NCBI GenBank assembly: GCA_963920595.1
Contig: OY986946.1
Location: 8,122,001 to 8,186,000 of the forward strand
Reading direction: 5' to 3'
DNA from: Eimeria praecox
Taxonomy: Eukaryota
DNA: 64,000 bases
In this document: one piece after another, positions 45,176-58,825 of the stretch
Layout: each line of letters opens with the position of its first letter
Numbering within the stretch: the stretch's first letter is position 1
Position numbers and translations under genes: made by a program
Notes under the pieces: model-generated
The model's input: the letters and a program-made list of their open reading frames with translations, nothing else
Told to the model about the DNA's origin: nothing
Databases searched by the model: none

Positions 45176-47935
45176 CAGGCTGATATCAGCCTGATGCCGC
45201 TGGCGAGGTAGCCAACAGCCAAATAGGAAAAGGAAGTCACGGGCCCTTACGCCACTCTTAGAGTCTGCCCTCAGGGCCCCGCCGGTAGGGCAGTGCGTTC
45301 CGCCAGCAATGAATTGTCTCCAGTACGGTTCAAGAGCCCCTTGAAGGGCAGAATCTGCTTCGAGGACGAAAAAGGAAGAAAATTGGAGAGCTCCTCGCCG
45401 CGTGCACCCAGTTGCAGCACCCTGCGCCCACCCCGCCTGCAATCCTAAGGGGCGCCTCAGGCCTGTTACTTCTGCAGCAGTCGTAATAAAGCCAAAAACC
45501 AAAGCTGAGAACGGAAGCTAAGAAAGATCTTGCCGCGTTTGTCCGGAAAATGACGGAACACAGGCGTCTACGGAGTGCCAATAGCTTCGTGAATCCGCTG
45601 GAGTGACAGCTGAACAACTAATTCCATATCTGAATAAATTTAACAGACTTTCGTCTGGTTAACAACAAAACAGTAAAAGAAGAGCCGCTCGTAACAGAGC
45701 AATCGCAAGGCTTCCTGCATGCAGCTTCCTGGCCTAAATGTGGCTTCCAGGTCAGGACGACTGTCACATTGAACACGGCAGGCGGGAGAATTACAATAGG
45801 TCACATGCATGGACTTAATGGAGTTAATTGGGACACAAGCATACCCGGCATGGCGCATTCCTGAGACGCGTCCCATTCCGTCTCTTTACGTCGGAAGGCT
45901 CGCCAAATGCCATGGGAGCCGTTCCGTTGTACGTCATCGCATTCTACAAGCATATGCAGAACGTCCACGCCTTTTAATTTGATTGCCAAGTAAACCTTTG
46001 TTAGGGTCTTTGGGCACTATTCTGAATTCTTTTCCCAGCCGCCCAAATAGGGGCAGCGTCGGTCTCTCCTGCACCTGCAACGAGCTTCCTAGATTTCATG
46101 CGAGGACCGTTGCGAGCGGCAACGGAATCAAAATACTCGAGCCCCCCAAAATAAGTTGACCCCTTTTCCACTCCCCAGGAGACCTAAACACAAAGACGCT
46201 AAGGCCTTTTAGCATAGTCCTTCCCAAGCTGGTGCTTTTTGTAGCCTTCCCGGATCACTGCGCAAAGCCGTAAATGCTTAGCCGTTGTCTACTCTGTTAT
46301 GCAGCGCATCCAAAGGAGGAGTTGCATCCTTGCAGGCTGTATTACCTTGCAGCAAGAGCTGTAACGGAGAATCGTGCAGCTCGTGAGTGGCCGCCTCATC
46401 TCCATACCCGCCCCGGGCCTGTGTGTTGCTGTTCCGAGGATTCCTGGAGGCTGGAATCCGGCCAGTTACATTTTAGAAAACCTTGAGTATGCTGACTGGG
46501 TTGCAGTCCACGCAAGTTGCAAATAACGACGGCTTTCGTTACATGCCTGGTGTTGTGGCAAAGATTTGGGCGCCTTCAGCCTTTTCGTGAGTTACAGCAT
46601 GGAGTGCTGCAACTTCTGCTGCAGAAGAACAGTACATGCGTGCACACTCAGGCACCCATTTGATATATGTCCTAGCTCTATAGAGAATCGCTAAGCACAT
46701 ACCTTACACGGAGAAACTTGTACGCAAATAGGAATGCATGTACGAACTCCAGGCTATGCTACAACGGTCATTACTTCCATCTCTTTTATCCTTAATTCTA
46801 GTTTTGCTTCATGCCAACAACGCTATCTCAATATCCACTAAATAAGTGCAGGGGACGCAGAGGAACAGAGGGGGAAGGTAACAGCCAAACAAACGAGCAG
46901 ACGCACGAGCCGCATTGTAGGCTCTTAGTTTAACTCCCTGAAGGAGAGAGCCTAAGTGCCTCAGGGAGTGTTTGTTTCCTGCGGTGAGTCGATCTGATTT
47001 ATGCATTCACGTACCTTTTGTCTGTTGTGCTCGTTTTTATATGCTCATTTGCACTTTCGCGTGTTTTGTTTTCCTTTCCATCTAGATTTTGCTGCTTGCG
47101 ATGGCAGAGAGGCACATACGTCCGAATATACTAACTAAATTGAGTAAATGGGATAGATCTATACCGTAAGGGTACACCGTGTGCTGATTGTGCGGCGTGC
47201 CTATTGGCTTTGCCCCGTTCATTCCGCGAGGTAATCCATAGACTTACTGGAAGATCTCTCTTCTGCAACTGTTGATTGGATGGCCGCTTGCATATGTTTG
47301 TGTCCTGAGGCTATGCAATTAAAGCGGACACTCTGAGCTGCGGAAAGGTTCTGCTGTTACAAAGCAAGGGCGGGCCAGGGTTGCCCTGCAGCTTGGTTCG
47401 TTGTGGTTGTTCCATCGAAATTGGCCACAGTTGCACGAGGGTGTATGGGGAACACTCCCAATCTACCGTTAACCCTAGGTGCCCTAAAGCAAAACTCCCA
47501 AGCCTTACAGCAAGCCCCAACCCTAAAAATGCAGCTGCGTAGACGTCTCAGACGGAAAGTCACTTCTGGCAGCGTCTGAGGCATTCTTAGTTCTTTGAAA
47601 GGCCTTACTAACCCTAACTGAGTGACCAGCTAAACCGTACAGTTATCTTTAATAATGTCAATGGCAATTCACGTCGGTGGGGCCATTCAAAAGCTTCTGG
47701 CGCATTGAGAGGAGTTTTAGTTGTCGATGCACGACGAAAAATTACAACAATTGCACTTTTTTATGAACTTAAAAAGTAGCAGTCGTGATGTAGTATTTTG
47801 ATTCCAGTATCACTACAGACATGATTGTGCACTTCAATTCCTCACACTTGCAAGGACGGGAGAAACTTATGTATGCATGCATTTCCTGAGGAGAGAAGCT
47901 ACTTCGACGTCTTCTGTTTCAAGAAAACTGTGTCG

Positions 47936-50900
47936 TTAGGAGGCTTCCTTTTCATTTGCTTTTTCCGTACCCCCTGTTCTGGTAGCCGGCGGTTGAAGGT
48001 GAAAGAGCCTCCAGTCTGCAGAGGCTTGGTTAAGGGTGCATCTGCACCAAGGACAACAAGAAGAGCTAGCAAACCTGAGCCGTAGCCTCTCAATCCTAAT
48101 CCCCAAGCCCTGCAAAGAAGAATGTCTATGCGTGGGAAAATGGAGGGGTAAAAGAGATTGACACTGGAAAGTGAAAACCCCGAAATGCTCTTACTGCATC
48201 TTTAGGTCGCGCAAACGTGTCCGGCACTCCACGAGCTTGTCAACTGTCTGCAGCACACCTCCACACCATCCGCATTCGAGCAAAACCTTCAAACCCAAGC
48301 TCCAAGTGTTTAACCCTAAGCTTCAATCTCCACGCGTTCAGACCCAAACCCTATACCCTGTTTCCGGAAAAACAGTACTTCATGTAGCTCTTTGCTACCT
48401 TTACTAAGAGACACTGACACAGGCATAGAGCCAAGAGGAAGCAATTCAACGAGGCAGAGAGTCACAAGAGGGCGTTTACGGTGAGTAGCACGCAAAAGGG
48501 AAAAGTGGCAGACAACTGTATGGTGACAAGCATTGCAAGCAAGCAGCTATACAGAGGAAACATTTACGGGAAGGAAACTGCTCTTCGAAGGAAAGACTTC
48601 TGGACACAACTGTCAGGAAGAGACAGCCCTAAGGAAACAATTACAAGGTGGCAGCTACGACGGGGAAAAAGCTGCGGGAGGATGATCATGAAGAGACAGT
48701 TACAAGCAGGACACTCATACTAAAATGGAACCTTTGCCCGACCCGAAACAGAAGAAATGAATACGCATGGAAAGGGCTCAGAAGGAAACGGTGGAAACAA
48801 GACAGGTACAGGAAGACGCCCCGCAAGAAGGAAGCGGCTGAATGCCTTGCCTGTTGGTGGAGTTCCTTAAGCTCCGTGAAGTCCAGCTGCAGCAAAGCGT
48901 GCAAATTCTTAAGCTTGAGGTATTCCCCGGCGGGGACGAGCTTCTCGACAGCACGCAGAACGCAAACATCTGCCACCAAATTCAACTGGGGGCCGCCCTC
49001 CAGCCCTACCAAACACGGAGAGAAAACATGAAAGGTTGCAAGATGTCCAACCAGCAAGAAACGAGGGCAATCATGCCAGTGGGTCTTTTCGTTTGCCAGT
49101 TTAGGCATTAGTCCGTTTGCTTGTTTGCCTGCCAGTGGAAGCAGGCTTTCCTTTGCAGTTGCAGCGGCGCTGCTGCCTGCGTTGGCCGCTGCACTGTCTG
49201 TATTTTAGTATGTTTGCGCCTATCGTGTGCATACTGACCCCCAAATGGATAAATCGCCTCCCCTCGGGCAGCATCGTCCCCAGCTGGCCGCACAAAAGAC
49301 ACCTCCCCGCCTTCTGTCGCTTTTGGCTGGCTGGGTTCGGTCTCCCCAAACAGCCAGCCAAACCGATCCAGTGTCTACGTGCGCGCAAACCAGGAAACAA
49401 GAGGAAAGAGGCAAAACCTCCAATAAATATGTTGGCAAGTGCACGAACATGCAAACAGACACGAAAACACACACACACACACACACCCACACCCACACAC
49501 ACCCACACACACCCACACACACCCACACACACACACACATTGCCATCCGGGAACACGCTAGCCGAGTAGAACAAAGAGACACACGCAAGTTCACACATGC
49601 TGACTAGAAGTGGCCTCCATCTAGAAAGACAAACGAACCAACACGAGAACAGCGTCCCCCCACGCACTAGCAAACAAAAGGGAAACAAACACAGATGCTT
49701 GTAACAGCCAAGCATGCATGAACACAAACACACGAAGACAGGCGCAAGAACGCATGCAAGAAAACAGACGAAGGTCTGCAAAAACGGGTTGCCCTTTCTC
49801 AAGCCTTTGGTCCACAAAGAGCCGCTCCAGGCCGCCTCTTTATAGAAACAATCTGCCCCCTTTTTCCCCCTTCAGCTTAGAAACGGGGAACAAATTATAT
49901 AACGAAACTCAGCAAACAAATGCACGAACGGTAAGCATATGCAGCTGCATTAACAAGGAAGGGGGAAAATGTTTCGAGCGACAGAGCATGTTCTCTTCGC
50001 CCTGCTTCAAAGAGTCTCAACGAAGTTTGTCTAAACATTCCCCCTCTCTGTATCCCGCCTTCCCTGTGAACATTTGCACATCATGCTTCTGGGCAAAAAC
50101 GCCCACCTCATCGTGACAGAAACGCGAACTAAGGATTCATGAAACAGCACAGAGAGGCCTGGTATGTCTCTTCGCATTGCGTTTGCACAAGCAAACTCCA
50201 CGCGTTTGGCTGCAAGCTGTCGTACACATTTAAGGAAAGCGTATACTTCCTTTTGCGAAGGATTGACTGTGCAGGCCTTCAGCTGTTGGCCCAATAAAAA
50301 AGCTCTGTGAGATATATAACTCGAGCGAGCTGCAGCCTCCGCCACTCTTATGGCCCTCTGAAGCTCTTCGATTCTGAACAGAAACGTACAAAAAATAACC
50401 CAGGCCCCAAGTCGTAAACCCAAGGTCCTTGGCCCTAGCCTCACTCCCTTGCACCCCTTTGGAGAAGACTGCTACAGGGAGGAGGCTTCTTCTAGATCCT
50501 CAATAGCCGATGACTCTTTCGTCTGCATCTTCTAAGGGTTAGGAGTATCTTCGCATTCTATCACAAGAGGGTCCACGGACATCCTAAACCCTAAGTGGTG
50601 TGGGCAGAACACTGAGCTGACTTATAGAGCTCCTCTTGTTCCTGATCAGAAGACCATTTGTAACCTTGTTCGTAAAAGCGGATCTGCGCAACGCAGCAAT
50701 CGAAGCAAGAATGGCTTCCCGATAACGCACAGTCCGCCTCGTCTTAGGGTGCGGTGCCCCCTATATGTTGACGCACTTAATCTAGACAATCAACACAACA
50801 AGAAAAGCTCGCATTCACTCTGCACCTTCCGCAGCTCCGGAGCGTGAAGCAAGCCTCCAAAGATGAAGCTACGTGCCGCAAGTCCTACCTTGCGCTCGCT

Positions 50901-53703
50901 GCAGGTCAACCACTTTCTCAACAAGTCAAAGGCGTCTCCCATCTCGGCAACTTGGCGAATTAACGCCACCTCCACAAATGCACAAACAAACGCATTCACT
51001 GGCCTTGCGTTTGCTTCACTGGGGCCACCACCAGCAACAACCACAGCAGCATCAGCATCAACAAGCGCGCCAACAGGAGCAGCAAGCTACTCGTGCACCT
51101 TCAAGGCAGCAAATAACGGGGAAACGCTTATTTGCGTGAAAGGCCCCTTCGTCTCCAATGCCTCAGTTGGAGGGGAGGTTTAGTACCAGGGACCTTGGTC
51201 GCTGTGCTGACGCCCCGCGCGTTGCATTGTTGACGTCTAGGGGTTTGTGGTGTGGGCCTAGGTGGCTTAGCGTTTGGAGCCTAGGGTTTCGTGTAAAGGG
51301 CATAGGGTCTGGGAGTTTGCCTTTTCTTTGAACTTGTCCTCGAGTTGATGGAAGTTTTGCGTCAAGGATATGTTCTCTTCCCTGTAGGCAATAAAAGCAT
51401 GAACCAGCAAGGCAAAGCAGGCCAATAAATAGACGGAGCGAGTCACTCAAATCAACGAAACATACGAATGAACGGCGGGAATGGCCAAGGCATGGTCTTG
51501 CCCAGCTTTCAACGCCGCTTGGTGTCTTGTCACAAGCGAAACCGAACACAACAGACAGGCAAGTGCACCATGTATCTGGAAAGGCGCTCTCGTACACCTC
51601 CACAGCAATGCTGCCTCGGCGCTGAGGAAGGCAGCAGTGCAGCAGCTGGTGGCGGCGAGCACGAAGCCCAAAGCGAATGATTGGCGTTCTTCAAGTTACC
51701 TACTGAAGTACTGGCAGGAGACGCCCATTGTTCGCGAGGCGTCTGTGCACTTGCCTGAGGCGTTTATTTTCGATGACTGCCCTTTGGTTGGCGGCACGGA
51801 GGCGATTCATCACAAGGGCAAAGCGGGATGGGTTGTCTTTCGCGTCCTCCAAATCCCCCAGGAGGTCCGAGACGCGGCAGTTGAGGCGGCTGTTCTCCGT
51901 GGCTAACTGCTGTGCCTTCTGTTGAGAGGCTCCCAGCGCCTCCCGCAGCTCCACAACTTCCGCCTCAAGGCGCTTGCAGCCTGGCAGTACAAAGCGCATC
52001 GCAAGCAGAAGCCGCACCACCGCTAAACACACTCCCTGCAAAGCTGCTATGAAGGGATAGGGCAGAAAACAGCCATAACGCCACTCAAAGAACTCGAACA
52101 AGCACAGTACGAAACATCGTGCCTGAACAGCAGCAGGAGAGAAAGCAGGTCCCGCTGGTGCGTTCTTGTGCATGCAGGTGTCTGCACGCACAGCCACGAA
52201 GACCAGCGAGAGCACGAGGACACACAGGCGCCGGTGAACATATATCCTCTCCAGAGAGGAGGCAAAGCAAAGGAGACAAGGAGACAAAAAATTTAAGCCG
52301 CGCACGCACACAACGAAAAGGCGGAGCAAAGGACACATGCCCACACGGGGAAAAGGCCCCAAGAGGGGAAAACTGTACCGGCAAGCTGCGTGGCAAGTTC
52401 ATTTTGAAGGAAAGACACCTCATGCATCTTCTGATCTACGAATTCTGCTGCCGCCTTCTCAGTCACCTCCCCACTCGCTTGAAGCCGCTGGTTACGTTGT
52501 TGCAAACGCTCTATCTCGAGCTGCAGTAGCAGTAGCAGCACAAACATACAGCAGCACGGTAACACCACCACCATTCTTCTTAGCAGTTAAGTGGGAAACA
52601 CCAGCAGCACGGTAACACCACCACCATTCTTCTTAGCAGTTAAGTGGGAAACACCAGCAGCACAAAAGGGTTAGAAGAACTCGCTTGTTCGAGTTGAGGG
52701 CTTTAAATGATCGTGTTGCTTGAATGCGAGGCTGAGCCGGACAGAAGCGAGGTGTGCATGCAGTCGAAGGGAATGAGGAATGGGAGCTATGCCTGTAGGC
52801 GGATATTTCTCCGTACCAGCAGTGTTTGTTTTGATCCTTCTGTCTCCCTCAAGGCAATCTCTTGCTGCTTGGCAATCAGCGCTGTGGCCTCCTTCTCCCT
52901 CGAGGCGGCCGCGCGTTCCCGCTGTAGCAGCTGCTGGAGCTCACGGACCTGCTGCTGCAAAGACGCGGCACTGCAGCCTTCGCAGGTGTCTTTCCATGCA
53001 GCGGCAACTCGTGGAGACTCCAGCAGCATCACAAGGGGTCGTACATACCGTCCATATACTCCATCGTGACGGCTGCTTCCTACCAGGATAGCCCCTTGCT
53101 TCAGCCTGTCCCCGTCTCCTTCCGTAAGGGGCAATTCTGGCACGACCTGAGGAACACAACAGGCAAATCCCTTAACCATCTGCTGGTTTGTGCGCTTGCA
53201 AGGGCGGTTGCGCACTGCTAAGGCAGCTGTCTCGTAGCAAAGAGGGCGAATGCGTAGAGGGCCAATTCAATACCCACCCCCATAACAAGAGCCCGGCTGG
53301 GCTGGAGGCTCTGAAAGACAAAATCCTCAAGCAGATAGGCCCCCTCAAAGGCTGCCTCTGCGTGGGGTGCATAGAAGAGGACGTTGCCTTTAACCTCGCA
53401 ATACCGGCGGAGCCACTGCTGCCCAGACGCGTTGCAGGGATAGTGGGATCCGCGAGATCCTCCAGAGCCCCCAATGGCCCTTCCATTGCTTTCCACAGCA
53501 GGAGATTGACACTGGCTCAGGAGGAGCAAAGCGAAGCCACTGCGGGCCGGTAGGGTGTCTATCTGCCGTGCAAATACCGAGAAGGCCTCCCTATCCAACC
53601 AGAACTCATCTCTATCCTTAAACCGCTCATTGTCATGCAGCCTTCCATCCCTCTCCACAGGTGCACGCGCTGAGGAGGCTGGGGCGCTTCTAGGCTTAGA
53701 CAT
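47936..53703 (-). CDS. Multi-exon pleckstrin-homology (PH) domain plus coiled-coil protein; 3' end tentative
   Basis: ATG at 53703. WLRRYCEVKGNVLFY..FEGAYLLED and LVMLLESPRVAAAWKDTC are PH beta-strand and C-terminal helix Trp motifs. Heptad-rich exons follow (LQQQVRELQQLLQRE, LEIERLQQRNQRL, LEAEVVELREAL, LDFTELKELHQQ). Tentative final exons ~48250-48198 and ~48041-47936. Confidence 0.7.
49467..49539. repeat. (CA)n/(CACC) microsatellite, intronic
   Basis: Directly visible. Confidence 0.93.
52549..52663. repeat. Perfect 53-bp tandem duplication (2.2 copies), intronic
   Basis: CAGCAGCACGGTAACACCACCACCATTCTTCTTAGCAGTTAAGTGGGAAACAC at 52549-52601 and 52602-52654, followed by CAGCAGCAC. Confidence 0.97.
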
Positions 53704-55274
53704 CAGAGGCAGCCATTGAGCACCGGCCACCAGGCGGGGGTTGGGGGGGAAAGAGTTTGAGGGAGCTTTTCGCCTTTTATTTTAGACGCAAAACAAACTT
53801 TTGTCTTCCTTCTATTTCTTACTGCTTAGCCCGGGACACCACAAGCGACCTCTCGGCCGTTCAATGGCCCCCTTCGGCGTTTCACACCACTGGACCGCTG
53901 CACCAGGGTGGGAGATTCGGAGGCTCTTTTTGCTCCTTTTTGCCGAGAAGAAAGTAGAAATAACCTTTTCAGGACAAAATTCAAAGTTGTAGTCCGAATA
54001 TATAAATGTTTCGTGGCCCTCTTACGGACAGAAGAGGAATTCCTGCCTCTGGGCCGCTCGAGCATTGAGTACTGGTATCGCCGATGGTGCCAGGCACTTC
54101 ATGGGGTCTGCCGCCTGCCCGCCGCAGAAAAAAGGGGCTAAATTCCGCTTAAATCCAAAAGAATGCGATTATAAAAAATCGTAATAGAGGATAAAGATGA
54201 AGAGGATGCAATGGCCGAATTTCAGGCTGGTGCCCACTGCAGAGAAGCCTGGACCTGTTGCTGATGCCACCTTTAAGGATAAAGCGCATAGAGGTGCCGG
54301 GGCGGGAGGGGGGTGGACGAATTTCCGTTCTGTTCACTTTTTATTGGCTGAATTATGGAGTTAATTCACAATTTACTGAGGTGATATGCGAACCCTCGTG
54401 CAGTTCCAGGGGCGTCCGCAGTTCAGTAGGCCTAGTGAGGTAAAGCTTCGCAGTACACCCCGTGACAATGCAGGCGAGCATCTTCACCAAAACGCAGCAT
54501 TGTTACTTGTATATCAATCGTTGGTGATCTACAAACGAACGTACTGGGCTGTTTATTTATATGAATTTGGTCTCTGGTTTGGCTGGGGTGTAACGTTTAG
54601 GAAGCCTCCATCAATAATGCACCCCTGTACGCAGATTCGTACTACGGTAGGCTTGCAAATTGGAGGTCAGTGGAAGCAGCTCCTTAAGTCTGCATACACA
54701 CTGAACCCTCATAACTAGATGACCCTAAATACATCTCAACTTCCGACATCGGCCTAGCGGTGACGCCTCATTCCCTAATCCACTGCATACAACACCGCCG
54801 GCTCTGCTGCTGCACTCAGACCCGAGAGTTTAAGGAAGAAACTCGCAGTGGCTCCCCTGTCTACACCAACGCACAAATTTGGGCCGCTGAAGAGGAAATG
54901 ACTAGTCCCCAAGAAGCCACCTCCCCCTCGCTGCTCAATGGTCTACTGCCTCAATAAGACACGCACTGGATAATCTTCCTCCGTACTGCATATGGATGCG
55001 ATATACGTGTACGCCTCCACAGCGCATTCGCACGCCGCATGTGAGGCGTAGCCCATCCATGAGCAACACGCAGGACGCCTTCAGGCAAGCAGGACGGAAT
55101 TCACAGGCCCTCTAAACAGCAATCGCCTAAATGAAACGAGCCTTTAGAGGATTTCTGTCTATCCCGTGCTGCGCTCGGTTATGTTTCCTTCTCTCTGCTT
55201 TGCGAGTGTCTGTTGGTCTGTCCCTCACTGGTATGGACCCCCTTCGCGCATCCCCTGCCCCCTCCCCCGCAAAA

Positions 55275-55341
55275 CGCACACAGACACACAGACAGGCACA
55301 CACACACGCACACCCTCACCCACACACACACACACACACAG

Positions 55342-55387
<46 letters not shown>

Positions 55388-55424
55388 CCACCCACCCACA
55401 CACCCACACACACACAGACACACA

Positions 55425-55463
<39 letters not shown>

Positions 55464-55497
55464 CCACCCACCCACACACACACACACAGACACACAC

Positions 55498-55551
<54 letters not shown>
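55275..55551. repeat. Long interrupted (CA)n microsatellite
   Basis: Directly visible; source of the poly-HT/CV ORFs. Confidence 0.97.
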
Positions 55552-55553
<2 letters not shown>

Positions 55554-56395
55554 CGTTTTCCCTATCCTATCTTCACTTTGTGTATGTCCCGCTGTTACCT
55601 CCACGGCAGCCCCTTATTCGCGCTGCCGTGGCTGCCTCCACCTCCCTTAATTCTATGCAAGAAGCAAAACATGAACAGCCTTCTGCCCACTGTTGGCTCC
55701 CCCCGACTAAATGTTTTGCTGCCGCTTTAACAAAATTAACAAACCGAGACTGTGCTAAAGTGCATGCATACAATGCCTTGGGACTGAGGAGTGTCCTTAG
55801 GATTTCACTGGCTCCCTCTGTTGTCCACGTTGAACGTAAAGAATGCCCTTCTCCCGTAGCTGCAGTTGACGCATGCTTGTTCTGGTTCGCTTGAGAGACA
55901 AACCAAATTAAATAAGGCTAAACAAAATAGAAAGCATGTCAATAAAAACCCTCCCAGTTGGTCTGTTGTTAGTCTCGGGCCGCCCGCAGGCCTACCCAAA
56001 GATAGCCGCCACATAAGGCTGGCCCCAGATGCACCATTTCGGTATTCACAAGCACGCGTAAGTGTGCATATGCACATACGTGTTTTTTTGCAGATGCATG
56101 CATACGCATGTGTGGAGTGCATCCATGCGCATGAGCAACTGCGTCCGACAGGTATTTCTGCCTGCGTATTATAAAAGTATGCTAGACAGGAACACACATA
56201 TATACGCAGATGCGCGTGTGAATCATACAATAAATGGGTACATTTACACGCATGTGAGCACCTCAGCCTAAAGCACTTCTGCAGTCGCGCCTCAGGTGGC
56301 TAAACAGTGTGAGCAGACAAGCACACCAGTGAAAACTCCACGGACAGTAAAATCTCAAGCCTCAAGCCTATGCCTCAAAGCTGTTGCCCGAAGCC

Positions 56396-58825
56396 CTAGC
56401 CGCCCCAACCCGAGCCTCCCCAGTTAATCTTGGCGTTTGAGAAGTCCAGCTCGGGGTGGGCCTGTTTGAACTTTTCTAGCATTTCTGCCTGTCTCTGCTG
56501 GTCGCTCGTGGGTAGCCCCTTCTGCTTTTGCTGTTGATCATACATCATCTTCTCCACTGTCGCGCGGGTCTCGGGGTCCAAGTCAGACAGCTTCGAGTTC
56601 TTAACAAACATATACCCACACACAACACAATCCCAGCCATGAAGGTCAAACCCTAAACGCTGAATGTGAAGCGCAAGGCCTTGCGCCTCCTCGTTCAGAA
56701 CAGGTCGCATCCCCCTTCATTTGTTACTTCTGCACAAAATAACCTATGGGTTCACTTATACACACACGCACGAATGTACTTGCGTGCATTTGGGGTGCTT
56801 GCTGTAGCACATGCATGTGTCAGCCCACTCTGTGCCGACAATGTTCTAACGCTGCTTATTTAATCTGCGCATGAGTTTCTCCTGGTACTGCACTTAGTGG
56901 GTGCCTTGTTGCCTGGTAGCTCTCCCGTGTTCTAGTGTGTATATAAAGTCCGCTGGAATATGCAAGCGCAGATTTGCAATGATCCACCTTCTAAACTGAA
57001 GTACGTCAATGCGTTACAGATACACTACCTCATGGGAAGCACTCTCTGTATCGCCCCCAGGCATAGTTGCATACAATCTATCTACCTACGTATCTTTGTA
57101 TCTATATCTACCTGGCATCTATCTATCCATCTACCCATCTATATATCTATACCTATATCCATATATCTATATACATATATATAGATATGCCTGTAACAAT
57201 GACATGCATGCGCGTGCAAGTACCGACGTGCAGGGATGTACGCCAGTATGCACTTAATCGCGGATTGACTGAAAGATGAGTTGGCTGTTCTCAAGTACCT
57301 CAGGGACAATCGTCTTGGTGTCGATCTCAGGATCGCCTTTCAAGACGCAACTCCACCAACGCATTTTGTCTGTTTTCTCCAAACTGAGGTGAAGAGTCTT
57401 CCGGTCCTCCAGTGTCCACATGCTGTCCTCTGCCTGCACTCTTTGAGAGAACTCCCCCTCTAAACGCAACAAAGAGAGCCAATAAACATGCGAAACAGGT
57501 AACCAGCAACAGAAAAACAGCAGCAACCTTCTGCTTTTTGAAAGAAAACAAAGGCAGCAAGGCGCACAGAATGCTTCTACAAAGAACCACATCACAAGCT
57601 TATCCTCGTGCAGAAAACCAGGACGAACGACTGCAAAAAGTATGAATAGACAAATCCAGAAACCAGCACGAACAAACCAAAAGAGAGAGGCAAGAAGAGC
57701 GGGAAAAAGGCAAGTGGCCTTCAGAGTCCACACCGATGCACAGGCAGCGCAAACAATGAGGCAGCAAGCAACCCAAAGCAGTACAATATACCGTTAAGCG
57801 AGCCAATGTACGCCCAAAGCAAAACACAATACAAAACGGCATCACCACTGCAGTGCCCTTTTCGCACTCAATATAGGTTCTTGTCCCTTGAGACCCAATG
57901 TCAGCGTAGTGGCTGTTATCTTCACTTGACACTGTGCCGCCCGCACGCCTTCACCCATGGGCACGTAGACATCCACAGATTCCAGCGTTTGGGTCCACCG
58001 ATACCTGAAGACAAGCGCCAAGCAGGGAGAGACAAATTCCAAACAGAGATGCAAGCAAACGGAACAAAACAAACGAACACAGAAGATGCATAAGCGCACA
58101 CACACGCATACATACATAAATGCATACATGCACACACACAATATCTGAAAGTTGCTACCTCCCCAGGAGGCAGCAAATCCACGCATTCACGCGGTGAGCG
58201 ACCGCGCTCTCCACACGCACAAGTGGACATAGCATGCACATGCATGCACGCAAGCAGACGGATCAATGAACAGAAGAGATGGATGGGATGGACTGAAGCA
58301 TGGGTGAGCATAAAACTATGGGCCCCCTCACTTGTCTGTCTGACCCCCGTTCCCCTCCGGCCGCGACCTTTCCCCTTCCTCGTCTGACGTGGATCCTTCC
58401 TCTCCTACCGGCTTGCTGCTCGCTGATGCGTCTGTTGCTGCTGCTTTATTTTCGGCAGGGGCGAAGAGGGCTTCTTCTTCTTCTGTCAGTTCCTCGACCT
58501 TAGGGCGGTTGCTCAGGTCCACTGGCTGCGCCCGCTGCTGCTGTCGCTGCTGCTCCTGCTGTTTCTGCTGTTGTTTCTGCTGCTTCTCGCGCTGCAGACG
58601 CTCTCTCTCCGCCTTTTCAGTGGCTTTGTCAGTCCACTTGCGGAAGGACTTGTCCAGCATGTCCTTGCATGCGGCACGGCCCACAGTGAAAAAGTCGGTC
58701 TTACGACAAAGAAAACCAAAGAAATAATCGAAAAGAGGGTCAATACCTCCCGCCTGCTCGGCCACTGTTGCAAACAAGCCGTCGAAGCGACTGTCCTCAG
58801 CGCTGTCACCGGCTGAAGACCCCAT
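56396..58825 (-). CDS. NUDC: Nuclear movement protein NudC, 4 exons
   Basis: Exons 58825-58332, 58004-57868, 57459-57299, 56599-56396 splice in frame. N-terminal [35 protein letters not shown] domain [27 protein letters not shown]-terminal [36 protein letters not shown]. Confidence 0.95.

Noticed and set aside
52549..52663. CRISPR-like array
   Set aside because: Two adjacent identical copies with no spacers, in a eukaryotic intron, and no cas genes.
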